A stretch of 33,824 nt of DNA. Origin: Candidatus Limnocylindrales bacterium. GTDB lineage: Bacteria > Chloroflexota > Limnocylindria > Limnocylindrales > CSP1-4. The position numbers and the translations under genes are program-made. Location: assembly GCA_038221095.1 (NCBI GenBank), contig JBBRIM010000002.1:1-33824 (forward strand), in the 5' to 3' direction. The notes beneath the pieces were generated by a model, which worked only from the letters and a program-made list of their open reading frames with translations, searched no databases and had not been told where the DNA came from. This document shows positions 16,198-25,759 of this stretch, piece by piece; position 1 is the stretch's first letter, and each line of letters starts with the position of its first letter.

Positions 16198-16971
16198 ATG
16201 CAGCCGATCGCCGCGGTCGAGCGATTCCTCGAGCGATTGCTCGAGCGTCCGACGGCCCGCCTCTTCCGTTCGCCGCTTCAGCCCATCCAGATCCAGCGTC
16301 GGATCGAGCGGGCGATGGAGAATGAACGACGGATGGTCGGATCCCGAGCGCGGGTCCCGGATTGGTATCGGGTACACCTCGCCCCGGCCGACGTCGCCGC
16401 CCTCGGCTCGCGTGCGCCCCAACTCGCGGCGGACCTGGCCGACGAGGCCCTCGCTTTCGCCCGAGCCCATGGCTATTCACTCGACCACGCACCAACGGTC
16501 GAGTTGGTCGTGGACCGGTCGGGAGCGATCGGCACGGTCCGGGTCACGGCCGACCAGCTGGACGCGCGACCGGTCCCCTCCCCGCGGGTGCCGGGGCCGG
16601 ACGGGATTGCCGAGGACTTCAGCGCCACCAGGGCGTTCACCGTTCAGCCCGTCGCCGTGCCTGCGGCAACCCTCGTGGAACAGCGAGCCGACGGAATCGG
16701 GCGCCGCATCGCGTTCGATGGCGGGCCGCTCACGATCGGCCGGGCCGCCGACAATCTGCTGGTCCTCGACGATCGCCGGGTATCGCGTCACCACGCCTGC
16801 CTCCAGGGGCGCCGGGGCATGCTCGTCCTGACCGACCTCGACAGCGCCAACGGCTCGCGGGTCAACGGGGTGGCGGTCTCGGAGGTTGCCCTCGGGGCAG
16901 GCGATCGGATCGAAATCGGCTCGACGATCTTCTTGATCGAAAGCACGCCGAACGCCAATCCTTCGGGCTGA
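16198..16971 (+). CDS. fhaA: FhaA-like protein: DUF3662 (FhaA N-terminal) domain plus C-terminal FHA domain (257 aa)
   Basis: MQPIAAVERFLERLLERPTARLFRSPLQPIQIQRRIERAME is the DUF3662 signature. The C-terminal FHA is TIGRAADNLLVLDDRRVSRHHACL...DLDSANGSRVNG. Track ORF 15793.. is over-extended. Confidence 0.88.
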   Translation: MQPIAAVERFLERLLERPTARLFRSPLQPIQIQRRIERAMENERRMVGSRARVPDWYRVHLAPADVAALGSRAPQLAADLADEALAFARAHGYSLDHAPTVELVVDRSGAIGTVRVTADQLDARPVPSPRVPGPDGIAEDFSATRAFTVQPVAVPAATLVEQRADGIGRRIAFDGGPLTIGRAADNLLVLDDRRVSRHHACLQGRRGMLVLTDLDSANGSRVNGVAVSEVALGAGDRIEIGSTIFLIESTPNANPSG

Positions 16972-17408
16972 TGGATCCCTATGTCGTCGCGATCTGGATC
17001 GTCCGGATCGCCTTCCTCGGGGGCCTCTACCTGTTCATGTTCGGGGTGACACGGCTCCTCCTCCGAGATCTCCGGTCGGCCGCCAGGGATCCCGGCGGTG
17101 CGCTCGCCCGTCTTGTCGTGGTTGGGTCCGACGTCAGTGAGCCGCCCCGGGGTACCGCGTTCGGACTCGACGCGGTGGCCACGATCGGCCGGGACGTCAA
17201 CAACTCGATCGTCGTCGAGGATGAATTTGCCTCGGCGGAGCATGCCGTCCTGACCTTCCGGGGGCGGGCCTGGTATGTCGAGGACCTGGGCAGCACGAAC
17301 GGGACCTTCGTCAATGGGGCAGCGATCGACCGCCTGTGTGTGATCGCCTATGGCGATGAACTGCAGGTCGGCCGGGTTCGCTTCCGGTTCGAACGAGTCC
17401 GTCGATGA
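16971..17408 (+). CDS. fhaB: FhaB/FipA-like membrane-anchored FHA domain protein (145 aa)
   Basis: N-terminal TM (VVAIWIVRIAFLGGLYLFMFGV) followed by FHA (TIGRDVNNSIVVEDEFASAEHAVL...DLGSTNGTFVNG). The ATG shares its A with the fhaA TGA. Confidence 0.88.
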   Translation: MDPYVVAIWIVRIAFLGGLYLFMFGVTRLLLRDLRSAARDPGGALARLVVVGSDVSEPPRGTAFGLDAVATIGRDVNNSIVVEDEFASAEHAVLTFRGRAWYVEDLGSTNGTFVNGAAIDRLCVIAYGDELQVGRVRFRFERVRR

Positions 17409-18856
17409 ACGCCGGCGCACGGCCTGCCCGGGCAATCGGGGCGATCGGACGAATGAGACCGCGGGCGCGCCGGCGCGAATCCGGCCTGCTCATCGTCGTG
17501 GCCCTCGTCCTCGTCGCCGGGAGCATCTCTCTCGGAGCAACCCAGCGCGAGCTGGCCGGCCAGAAGGTCAGCCTGCTGCCGGCCGACGTGGGTCAGCTGA
17601 GCATCTACCTCGCCGCACTGCTGCTCGCTCACCTGGCCCTGATCCTGGCGGGTCGGCGCTCCGACCAGGTGCTCCTGCCCACGATCGGCCTGCTCGGCGG
17701 GATCAGCCTGCTGCTGATGGAGCGGCTGCCCCAGGCGCTGGTCACCCAGTCGCTGGTCGGACGTACCTTCGGGCTGGCCTCGATCCAGCTCGGCTGGCTC
17801 CTGCTGGCCCTCGGGGTGGTAACCGTGAGCGCTATCGCGGTTCGCTCCGACGCCTGGCTGCGTCGCTACAAGTACACCTGGGCGGCTGCCGGGATCGGTC
17901 TCCTGCTGCTCACGTTCCTGTTCGGCAACGAGGTCAACGGGGCGCTCCTGACGATCCAGATCGGGCCGTTCAGCGGCCAGCCGACCGAGCTGATCAAGGT
18001 GATCCTGGTGATCTTCCTGGCCGGCTACCTGTCCGAATTCCGGCCGCTCCTCGTCGATGCCAGCATGCGCCTTGGCCCGCTTCGACTGCCCCCGCTGCCG
18101 TACCTCCTGCCGATGCTGGCGATGTGGGCGATCGCCCTCGGGATCGTGGTGGTTCAGCGCGATCTCGGCGCCGCCCTGCTCTTCTTCGCGGTCTTCCTCG
18201 CCCTCGTCTACATCGCCACTGCCCGGACGAGCTACGTCGTCATCGGCCTGCTCCTGTTCGTTGCCGGCAGCGTTCTTGCCTATCACCTGTTCGGGACCGT
18301 CCGCGATCGGGTGGACATCTGGATCAATCCGTTCGTGGATGCCAGCGGCAAGGGCTACCAGGTCGTCCAGTCGCTCTACGCGTTCGCCCGGGGCGGGATC
18401 ATCGGGACCGGTCTGGGCGCGGGTCTGCCACTGGTGGCCGGCCATCTCCCTATTCCGGCGATTCACACCGATTTCCCGCTCGCGGCCCTGGGCGAGGAGC
18501 TCGGCCTGATCGGAGTCGTGGCGATCCTGGGCCTGTACCTGGTCGTGATCGAACGAGGCCTCCGGGTGGCCATCTCGGCGGCCGACGAATTCCGCTCGCT
18601 CCTGGCCGCCGGCCTGACCCTCGTCGTCGGCGTCCAGGCGTTCATCATCGCCGCTGGCAATCTCAAGTTGATCCCGCTGACTGGGGTGACCCTGCCGTTC
18701 ATCAGCTATGGCGGGTCGTCACTGCTCGCCAATGGGGTCGTGATCGGCCTCCTGCTGGCGCTGTCCGACCGGGGGGTCGAGCCGCCACCGGCACCTCGTC
18801 CGGATAGCCGACGGCGAGCGCGATTTCTCGGCGCCGCGCGCGGGTCCGCCAGGTGA
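17405..18856 (+). CDS. rodA: FtsW/RodA/SpoVE (SEDS) family peptidoglycan glycosyltransferase
   Basis: 483 aa, polytopic. Motifs IQPSE-like (GQPTELIKVILVIFLA), TDFPLAALGEELGLIG and PFISYGGSS. ATGA overlap with fhaB. The position matches rodA of the fhaAB operon. Confidence 0.9.
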   Translation: MNAGARPARAIGAIGRMRPRARRRESGLLIVVALVLVAGSISLGATQRELAGQKVSLLPADVGQLSIYLAALLLAHLALILAGRRSDQVLLPTIGLLGGISLLLMERLPQALVTQSLVGRTFGLASIQLGWLLLALGVVTVSAIAVRSDAWLRRYKYTWAAAGIGLLLLTFLFGNEVNGALLTIQIGPFSGQPTELIKVILVIFLAGYLSEFRPLLVDASMRLGPLRLPPLPYLLPMLAMWAIALGIVVVQRDLGAALLFFAVFLALVYIATARTSYVVIGLLLFVAGSVLAYHLFGTVRDRVDIWINPFVDASGKGYQVVQSLYAFARGGIIGTGLGAGLPLVAGHLPIPAIHTDFPLAALGEELGLIGVVAILGLYLVVIERGLRVAISAADEFRSLLAAGLTLVVGVQAFIIAAGNLKLIPLTGVTLPFISYGGSSLLANGVVIGLLLALSDRGVEPPPAPRPDSRRRARFLGAARGSAR

Positions 18857-20346
18857 ACCACCGGGAACGGGCCCCGATCGGGCGGGGGATCGCTCGCGTT
18901 GGGCTGATCCTCAGCCTGCTCTTCGGCTTGATCGCCGTGGGGGCGGGTTACTGGCAGGTCGTCCGGGCATCGGAGCTCAGCCGCGCCGCCGACAACCCGC
19001 TCGTCATCGCCACGGCCCGGGACGTCGTGCGAGGCAGGATCCTCGATCGTTCGGGGGCGATTCTCGCGACGAGCAGGAATGACCGGAACGGGGAGCCCTA
19101 TCGGGTCTACGCCGATCGTTCGCTCGCACCGTTGATCGGCTACGCCTCACCGGTGTACGGGACGGCCGGACTCGAACGGGCGTACAACGCCGAGCTGGCC
19201 GGTCTCGGCAGCGGCAACTCGCTCGACGACCTGCTGTACAAGCTCGCCCCGCGCCGGCGCCAGGGCGATCAACTGACCCTGAGCCTGTCGCTCAAACTCC
19301 AGGAGGCGGCCGTCAAGGCGCTTGGGACCGATCGTGGGGCCGTGGTGATGCTCGACCCGCGGACCGGCCAGGTCCTGGCCATGGCCTCGACGCCGGTCTT
19401 CGATGCCGGCGCGATTGCCAACCCATTGACCGCCCAGGCTGCCTTCACGCGGACGTCGGCAGCCGCCGGGCAACCGTTCCTGAACCGGGCGACGATGGGC
19501 CTGTACGTGCCCGGTTCGGTCTTCAAGATCGTGACCTCGATCGCCGCCCTCGGTTCCGGCGCGATCAGCCCCGCCACCACCTATCCCCAACAGCCGGCCG
19601 CCGAGCAGACGGGCCTGCTGGTGTCGGGCTTCCGGGTTCGCGACGGCCACCACGATTTCACGGGCTCGCAGGCACTCAACTACGACCAGGCCCTTGCGGT
19701 CTCCTGCAACATCTACTTCGCCCTGACCGGCCTGCGGACGGGTGGCGCGGCCCTGGCCGACTGGGCGGCCCGAACGGGGTTCGGAGGGGCGATCCCGTTC
19801 GACCTGCCGACGGCCAGCAGCCAGGTTACCAACGGGGGTGGTTCGTTCGGCGGCGGCTTCAGCGACGCGGTCGAGCTTGCCAACGCTGCCTACGGGCAGG
19901 CGGAGACCCTCGTGACGCCGCTTCAGATGGGCCTCGTGGCAGCCAGCGTCGCCAACGGCGGTGTGTTGATGAAGCCCGAGCTGGTCACGGCGATCAACGG
20001 ACCGAGCCGCACCGAAACGGTCGCTCCGCAGGTCTGGCGGACCGTGATGAGCCCGGGCGTGGCGGACACGATCGGCCAGGCCATGCAGCTCGCGGTCGAG
20101 AGTGACTGGGGTCAGATCTTCACGACCGGGGCGGCAATTCCGGGGATCCCCACGGCCGGCAAGACGGGCACGGCCCAGCTCGGTGGCAGCGCTGAGCCAA
20201 ACTCATGGTTCATTGGCTACGCCCCCGCCGATCATCCGACGGTCGCGATCGCGGTGATCGTCGAGGGAGGCGGCCATGGCTCGGCCCGGGCTGCTCCGAT
20301 TGCCGGAGCGCTGATGGGTCTCTGGCTCAAGACCTTGAACCGATGA
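18853..20346 (+). CDS. pbpA: Class B penicillin-binding protein (peptidoglycan D,D-transpeptidase)
   Basis: 497 aa. N-terminal TM, SVFK (SxxK), SCN (SxN) and KTGTA (KTG) motifs. GTGA overlap with rodA. Confidence 0.92.
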   Translation: MNHRERAPIGRGIARVGLILSLLFGLIAVGAGYWQVVRASELSRAADNPLVIATARDVVRGRILDRSGAILATSRNDRNGEPYRVYADRSLAPLIGYASPVYGTAGLERAYNAELAGLGSGNSLDDLLYKLAPRRRQGDQLTLSLSLKLQEAAVKALGTDRGAVVMLDPRTGQVLAMASTPVFDAGAIANPLTAQAAFTRTSAAAGQPFLNRATMGLYVPGSVFKIVTSIAALGSGAISPATTYPQQPAAEQTGLLVSGFRVRDGHHDFTGSQALNYDQALAVSCNIYFALTGLRTGGAALADWAARTGFGGAIPFDLPTASSQVTNGGGSFGGGFSDAVELANAAYGQAETLVTPLQMGLVAASVANGGVLMKPELVTAINGPSRTETVAPQVWRTVMSPGVADTIGQAMQLAVESDWGQIFTTGAAIPGIPTAGKTGTAQLGGSAEPNSWFIGYAPADHPTVAIAVIVEGGGHGSARAAPIAGALMGLWLKTLNR

Positions 20347-20570
20347 GTGGCGCCGAGGTCCCGCCCGAACCGTCCGCCAGCACTCCCCACCAGAAGCGGC
20401 CGCTGCTCGAACGCCTCGGCCTCGCCGTGGTCGCCCTCGTGCTGGCCGGACTATTCGGCGGGATGGCCGTGGCCTCGTTCATCGGCGGCGAGCTCTTCCT
20501 GGCCGCGATGGCTGGGATCGGCTGTGGGATGACCCTGTGGGTTGGTGCCCTGACCTTGATCCGAGGCTGA
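20343..20570 (+). CDS. Small two-TM membrane protein (75 aa), uncharacterised
   Basis: The ATG at 20343 overlaps the pbpA stop (ATGA). The sequence is MSGAEVPPEPSASTPHQKRPLLERLGLAVVALVLAGLFGG...GIGCGMTLWVGALTLIRG. G/C-rich third codon positions. Confidence 0.55.
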   Translation: MSGAEVPPEPSASTPHQKRPLLERLGLAVVALVLAGLFGGMAVASFIGGELFLAAMAGIGCGMTLWVGALTLIRG

Positions 20571-20588
20571 CCGCCGAGCCTCCGGCGG
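20571..20588. terminator. Short GC hairpin between convergent genes (possible bidirectional terminator)
   Basis: CCGCCG-AGCCTC-CGGCGG lies immediately after the 20570 stop and 23 nt from the GH63 stop. There is no U-tract. Confidence 0.25.
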
Positions 20589-20611
20589 CGCGCGTGCCTG
20601 CGCTGATCGGA

Positions 20612-23353
20612 TCAGCCGGCGGGATCGTCCGGGTCGCCCGTCCGCCGTCGTCGCCGGGCCGTCTGCTCGAGCAGTTTTGCGACGAGGGCTGTCCACCCGG
20701 TCTGGTGGGCGGCTCCCGCGCCGCGGCCCGTGTCGCCGTCGAAGTACTCGAAGAACGGGATCCGGTCGGCCCACGCGGGATCGGGCTGGAGATACGCCTC
20801 CGCTCCCAGGACGGGCCGGGCGCCGTCTGCGTCGCGAACGAACAGCCCGACGAGGCGATCGGACAGCTCCCAGGCGACGTCATCGAGTTCCCTGAACCGG
20901 CCCGACCCGGAGGGCAACTCAACCTTCAGCTTGGCGCCGTGATAGTGATGGAAGGTCAGGTAGGCCTCGATCAACAGGTAGTTGATCGGAAACCAGACCG
21001 GCCCGCGCCAATTCGAATTGCCGCCGAAGATGCCGGAGCGTGACTCGGACGGCTCGTAGCCGATCCTGTATTCGGGACCACCGGGCAGGGTCAGGCTGAC
21101 CGGGTTGGCCAGATGCTCGCGGCTCAGCGAGCGGACACCATGCGGGCTCAGGAATTCCGCCGGGTCCACGATCCGCCGGGTGATCGCCTGGAGCCGCTCG
21201 CCGTGGACGAGGGACAGCAGCCGGCGCTCGCCGACACCAGGCTCAGTCCAGCTGGCCACGTTCGAGGCGAGGTCGGGCCGGTTGGCCAGGAACCAGCGCA
21301 TCCGTCGGCGGAAGCCGGGCAGGGCCTCGATCACCTCGGGCTCGAGGACGTGAACGGCCAGCATCGGGATCAATCCGACCAGTGAGCGAACTCGGAGCGG
21401 GACGACCTGGCCCGAGTCGAAGTGGACGACGTCGTAGTAGAAGCCATCGTCCTCATTCCACAGCGAGATGCCGCTGCCGCCCATGTTGTTGAGGGCACCC
21501 GCGATGTACAGGAAGTGCTCGAAGAACTTGGTTGCGATGTCCTCGTAGACCAGGTCCTCCCGGGCGAGCTCGAGGGCGATCGCCAGCATGTTCAGGCAGA
21601 ACATCCCCATCCAGGCGGTACCGTCGGCCTGGCCGAGATGGGCTCCGCCCGGGAGCGGCGCATCGCGGTCGAACAGGCCGATGTTGTCGAGGCCCAGGAA
21701 GCCGCCCTGGAAGACATTCGCACCGTCGAGGTCCTTGCGGTTGACCCACCACGTGAAGTTGAGCAGAAGCTTGTGGAAGACCCGCTCCAGAAAGCCGACG
21801 TCGCCCTTGCCGGACATGCGTTTGTCGATCTGGTACACGCGCCAGGCAGCCCAGGCGTGGACCGGCGGGTTGACGTCGCTGAACTTCCACTCGTAGGCCG
21901 GCAGCTGACCATTCGGGTGCATGTACCACTCGCGGGTGAGCAGCAGGAGCTGGTCCTTGGCGAAGGTCGGGTCGATGACGGCAAGGGCAACACAGTGGAA
22001 GGCGAGGTCCCAGGCCGCGAACCAGGGGTACTCCCAGTTGTCGGGCATCGACAGGATGTCCCTGGTGTTGAGTTCGCGCCACTCGGCGTTGCGGCCGACC
22101 CGGCGCGAGGCTGGGGCCGGCGCTGCTGGGTCACCATCGATCCACTTGTCGATGTCGTAGTGGTAGAACTGCTTGGACCAGATGAGGCCGGCGAACGCCT
22201 GCCGCTGGACGAGCCGTTCGTCATCGCTGAGGGCGTCACCTCCGAAGCCGGCATGGAACGCGTCGGCCTCCGCGATCCGGGCCGCGAAGACCTGCTCGAA
22301 ATCGACGAACGGGTCGAGGCTCCCGCCGGCCGCGGCGTGTGACCCGAGCCGGAGTCGCAGGCGGAGCGTCTCGGTTGTGCCCGGGGCAACAACCAGGCGA
22401 TGCCGGCTGGCCGCCTTGGAACCGACCCGCCCGGGGTTCGTGGCGGCCGTCTCGCCGTCGACGATGGCCCGGTGGAATGCGTCCTTGACGAACGGCTGCG
22501 CGTTTGGGCTGGCCCACAGCCGCTCGGAGTTCGAATCGTTCTCGGTGAACAGGAGCTCGCCTGCGCCGTCGATGTCGAGCCGGATCTGACCAAGCCGAGG
22601 ATCCTCGCCGACAACGCTCGGTCGATCGCCGGGGCCGGCCGGTCCGGCCTGGAGGCGAGCCCGCTGGCCGCCTCGTCCCCACGACCAGGTGTTCCGGAAC
22701 CAGAGCGTCGGCAGCAGCTGGATCGGGGCCGGGTCGGGCCCCATGTTGGTGACTCGAATCCGAACCAGGATGTCGTCAGGGCCGGCCTTGGCGTACTCAA
22801 CGAGCACGTCGAACCAGCGCCGGCCGGCGAAGACGCCGGTATCGACCAGCTCGTATTCGTCCTCGTCGCGGCTGCGCCGGGCGTTTTCGGCCACCAGGTC
22901 GGCGTACGGGAAGGCAGCCTGCGGGTAGGCGTAGGCGGCCTTCAGGTAGCTGTGGCTGGGCGTGGCATCGAGGAACCAATAGAGCTCCTTGACGTCCTCG
23001 CCGTGGTTGCCCTCGGGCCCCGACAGACCGAACGGGCGCTCTTTGAGGATGGGATCCTGTTCGTTCCAGAGGCTCAGGGCGAAGCACAGCCGGCCGTGAT
23101 CGTCGCTGATCCCCAGGAGCCCGTCTTCACCCCAGCGATACGCCCGGGAGCGGGCCTGGTCGTGGGTGAGGTAGGTCCAAGGCTGCCCATCGGCCGAGTA
23201 ATCCTCGCGGACCGTGCCCCACTGCCGGCTCGACAGGTAGGGCCCCCAGCGCTGCCAGTGAGCGGTTCCGGCGTCACGGGCGGCCAGTCGACGGTGCTCG
23301 GCGTCGGGCTGGGCGGGCGAGGCGGGCGCAGGCGGGTGGGACGGGTCCATCAT
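20612..23353 (-). CDS. GH63-like (MGH1-like) glycoside hydrolase / glucosidase, ~913 aa
   Basis: The ATG at 23353 gives MMDPSHPP...[53 protein letters not shown]. Also [31 protein letters not shown] and ADGTAWM, typical of bacterial GH63-type (alpha/alpha)6 glucosidases. Track ORF 20612..24097 is over-extended (antisense to moxR). Confidence 0.85.
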   Translation of the reverse strand: MMDPSHPPAPASPAQPDAEHRRLAARDAGTAHWQRWGPYLSSRQWGTVREDYSADGQPWTYLTHDQARSRAYRWGEDGLLGISDDHGRLCFALSLWNEQDPILKERPFGLSGPEGNHGEDVKELYWFLDATPSHSYLKAAYAYPQAAFPYADLVAENARRSRDEDEYELVDTGVFAGRRWFDVLVEYAKAGPDDILVRIRVTNMGPDPAPIQLLPTLWFRNTWSWGRGGQRARLQAGPAGPGDRPSVVGEDPRLGQIRLDIDGAGELLFTENDSNSERLWASPNAQPFVKDAFHRAIVDGETAATNPGRVGSKAASRHRLVVAPGTTETLRLRLRLGSHAAAGGSLDPFVDFEQVFAARIAEADAFHAGFGGDALSDDERLVQRQAFAGLIWSKQFYHYDIDKWIDGDPAAPAPASRRVGRNAEWRELNTRDILSMPDNWEYPWFAAWDLAFHCVALAVIDPTFAKDQLLLLTREWYMHPNGQLPAYEWKFSDVNPPVHAWAAWRVYQIDKRMSGKGDVGFLERVFHKLLLNFTWWVNRKDLDGANVFQGGFLGLDNIGLFDRDAPLPGGAHLGQADGTAWMGMFCLNMLAIALELAREDLVYEDIATKFFEHFLYIAGALNNMGGSGISLWNEDDGFYYDVVHFDSGQVVPLRVRSLVGLIPMLAVHVLEPEVIEALPGFRRRMRWFLANRPDLASNVASWTEPGVGERRLLSLVHGERLQAITRRIVDPAEFLSPHGVRSLSREHLANPVSLTLPGGPEYRIGYEPSESRSGIFGGNSNWRGPVWFPINYLLIEAYLTFHHYHGAKLKVELPSGSGRFRELDDVAWELSDRLVGLFVRDADGARPVLGAEAYLQPDPAWADRIPFFEYFDGDTGRGAGAAHQTGWTALVAKLLEQTARRRRRTGDPDDPAG

Positions 23354-23388
23354 CGCGGCTATCGTGGCCCCTCTGGGCTCGTCTCGCT

Positions 23389-23411
23389 CGTGACGCGACG
23401 TCCGCGTCACG
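23389..23411. promoter_or_regulatory. Inverted repeat in the divergent GH63/moxR intergenic region
   Basis: CGTGACGCG (23389-23397), spacer ACGTC, CGCGTCACG (23403-23411). The 9-bp arms are perfect. Confidence 0.4.
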
Positions 23412-23524
23412 GATGGAACCAGATGGGCGTCCCTGACGTACGATCCCCCATACACCTCGCCGGTCGCCAGCCGGTCCAGCCCCGCCGTTCGCAACTGATC
23501 GGCACCCGTCACCGAGGGAGCCCG

Positions 23525-24538
23525 ATGACGAAGATCCAGGAGACCGGCGAGAAGGTCGTCGCCAATGTCGAGCGCGTGATCGTGGGCAAGCACCACGAGG
23601 TGCGCCTCGCTCTCGTCGCGCTGATGTGCCGTGGTCACCTCCTGATCGAAGATGTGCCGGGTACCGGCAAGACGGTCCTGGCCAAGGCGATTGCCCGGAG
23701 CCTGGGCTGCACGTTCCGGCGGATCCAGTTCACCCCGGACCTGCTGCCGTCCGATGTGACCGGCCTGTCGATCTACCACCAGACGACCCCGGAAGTCGAA
23801 TTCCGGCCGGGGCCGCTCATGGCCCAGGTGGTCCTCGCCGATGAGATCAACCGGGCGACCCCCAAGACCCAGTCGAGCCTGCTCGAGTGCATGGAGGAGC
23901 GCCAGGCCACGATCGACGGTACGACCTACCCGATGCCCGACCCGTTCCTCGTGATCGCCACCCAGAACCCGATCGAGTACGAGGGCACCTTTGCCCTGCC
24001 CGAGGCACAGCTCGATCGGTTCATGCTCCGCCTCCGGCTGGGCTACCCGCAGCCGATCGAGGAGATCGTGATCCTGGACGAGCAGAAGCGGACCCACCCG
24101 CTCGACGAGCTGACCGAGGTCTGTTCCAACGACGAGTTACGCGAGATGCAGGCTTCGGTCCGCGAGGTCTATGTCGACAGCTCGGTCAGCGAGTACATCG
24201 TCAGGCTGGTTAACGGCACACGCAGCCACGCCGACGTCTACCTCGGAGCGTCACCGCGCGGCTCGATCGCCCTGTATCGAGCCAGCCAGGCGTACGCCGG
24301 TCTGCTCGGCCGCGACTACGTCATCCCGGACGACGTCAAGGCGCTGGCTGAGCCGTGCCTGGCCCATCGCCTGATCATCAAGACAAGTGCGACGATCCAC
24401 GACGTCCTGCCCGCCCAGATCATTCGCGAACTGCTCGACACCCTGCCGGTCGGGGCGGTGTCGCCCACCCTCCACGGACCGCGCGAGATCGTCGCCGGTT
24501 CAGCCGACGGCGGGACCGCCGAACGACTGGCTCGCTGA
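23525..24538 (+). CDS. MoxR-like AAA+ ATPase (337 aa)
   Basis: The ATG at 23525 is preceded by GAGGGAG. Walker A GVPGTGKT-like (DVPGTGKT), Walker [11 protein letters not shown], and [12 protein letters not shown] typical of MoxR. Track ORF 22400.. is over-extended. Confidence 0.93.
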   Translation: MTKIQETGEKVVANVERVIVGKHHEVRLALVALMCRGHLLIEDVPGTGKTVLAKAIARSLGCTFRRIQFTPDLLPSDVTGLSIYHQTTPEVEFRPGPLMAQVVLADEINRATPKTQSSLLECMEERQATIDGTTYPMPDPFLVIATQNPIEYEGTFALPEAQLDRFMLRLRLGYPQPIEEIVILDEQKRTHPLDELTEVCSNDELREMQASVREVYVDSSVSEYIVRLVNGTRSHADVYLGASPRGSIALYRASQAYAGLLGRDYVIPDDVKALAEPCLAHRLIIKTSATIHDVLPAQIIRELLDTLPVGAVSPTLHGPREIVAGSADGGTAERLAR

Positions 24539-24550
24539 GGGTCGAATTCC

Positions 24551-25759
24551 GTGTTGCGCCGGCTGCCCGTCGTTGCTCTGGCGGTGATCCTTGTCCTGGC
24601 CGCGTTCTCATCCGGCTTGCCTTTCCTGTTCTATCTGCTCTACCTGGGCATCCTGATCGTCGGCGGCAGCTACGTCCTGACCCGCCTGGGCCTGACGGAT
24701 CTCGAGGCGGGCTACGCGGTCGGCCAGCTGACCGGCCACGTCGGGGAGCAGCTCAAGGTCACCTATACCCTGCGTAACGCCGGGCGACTGCCCAAACCCT
24801 GGCTGGAGGTGCACAACCCGACCAGCCTGCCGGTGGCGATCCCGGGTCGAGCCATCGGGATCTCGGGACGCGCCGAGCGGTCGTGGATTGCCCGGGTGCC
24901 CCTCACCCGGCGCGGACACTTCCGGATCGAGCCATTGCAGGTCCGAACAGGCGATCCGTTCGGCTTCTTCGAGGCCTCGGCGGCCGTCGGCCAACCGGTC
25001 ACCCTGGTCGTCTACCCCCGGGTCGATCCGCTGCCGTTGTGGCGTCTGCCATCGGCCAACCTCGAGGGCAGCCATACCGCGCCGGAACGGACGATCCAGA
25101 CGAGTCCGCTCGCGACCAGCGTGCGTCCGTACGCACCGGGCGACGGCTTCAACCGGATCCATTGGAAGTCCACTGCGCGCCACGGCGAGATCCAGGTCAA
25201 GGAATTCGACCTGGAGCAGACCGCCGACGTGTGGTTGTTCGTGGACCTTGACAGCCGGGTCCAGGCCGGCAGCGGTGCCGCCTCGAGCGTGGAGCTCGGG
25301 ATTCGAGCCGCGGCCTCGATCGCCGACAAGTCGCTCAATGAGAACCGCGCCGTGGGCCTGACCACGTACGGTCATCGGATGGCGGTCGTGCCGGCCGACC
25401 GGGGCGGCCGGCAGTATCTCAAGGTGATGCAGCTCCTGGCGGCCGTGGAGGGCGATGGGGCCGCCCCTCTCGTCGAGGGCCTGCTGATGAGCCTGCCCCG
25501 GCTCCGGCGGGGGATGACCGCGGTGGTGATCACCCCGTCGCTCGATCGGGCCTGGGTCCGGCCACTGGCCAGCCTGCGCGGCCGCGGGGTCGCCACCGTC
25601 GTCGTCACGGTCAGGGCCGACGGCCTGATCGAGCCTGGCTCGGATGCCGCCCTGGCCACCCGGGCACTCGGGCATGCGCTGGCCGAGTACGACCTCAGGA
25701 CGTACGCGATCCATCCCGATCGGGCCCTCGCCACGCAGCTTGCCCGGGTGGGGCGATGA
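24551..25759 (+). CDS. DUF58 domain protein (vWA-like fold, two N-terminal TM segments)
   Basis: 402 aa. RPYAPGDGFNRIHWKSTARHGEIQVKEFDLEQ is the DUF58 signature. Canonical partner of MoxR. Confidence 0.9.
   Translation: MLRRLPVVALAVILVLAAFSSGLPFLFYLLYLGILIVGGSYVLTRLGLTDLEAGYAVGQLTGHVGEQLKVTYTLRNAGRLPKPWLEVHNPTSLPVAIPGRAIGISGRAERSWIARVPLTRRGHFRIEPLQVRTGDPFGFFEASAAVGQPVTLVVYPRVDPLPLWRLPSANLEGSHTAPERTIQTSPLATSVRPYAPGDGFNRIHWKSTARHGEIQVKEFDLEQTADVWLFVDLDSRVQAGSGAASSVELGIRAAASIADKSLNENRAVGLTTYGHRMAVVPADRGGRQYLKVMQLLAAVEGDGAAPLVEGLLMSLPRLRRGMTAVVITPSLDRAWVRPLASLRGRGVATVVVTVRADGLIEPGSDAALATRALGHALAEYDLRTYAIHPDRALATQLARVGR

Noticed and set aside
16015-16470. 152-aa N-terminal extension of the zinc-ribbon protein ORF (track ORF 14281..16470)
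   Set aside because: The extension runs through the intergenic region and antisense into fhaA. It is Arg/Gly/Pro-rich, and the clean MTEIITESFCERCG start at 16014 fits better.
17348-18466. 372-aa minus-strand ORF opposite rodA
   Set aside because: Shadow ORF. rodA on the plus strand has SEDS motifs and operon coupling.
22400-23524. 375-aa N-terminal extension of moxR (track ORF 22400..24538), and the 248-aa extension of the GH63 ORF (23354..24097)
   Set aside because: Each extension is antisense to the other, well-supported gene. MoxR homology starts at the ATG at 23525 (with an SD) and GH63 homology at the ATG at 23353.
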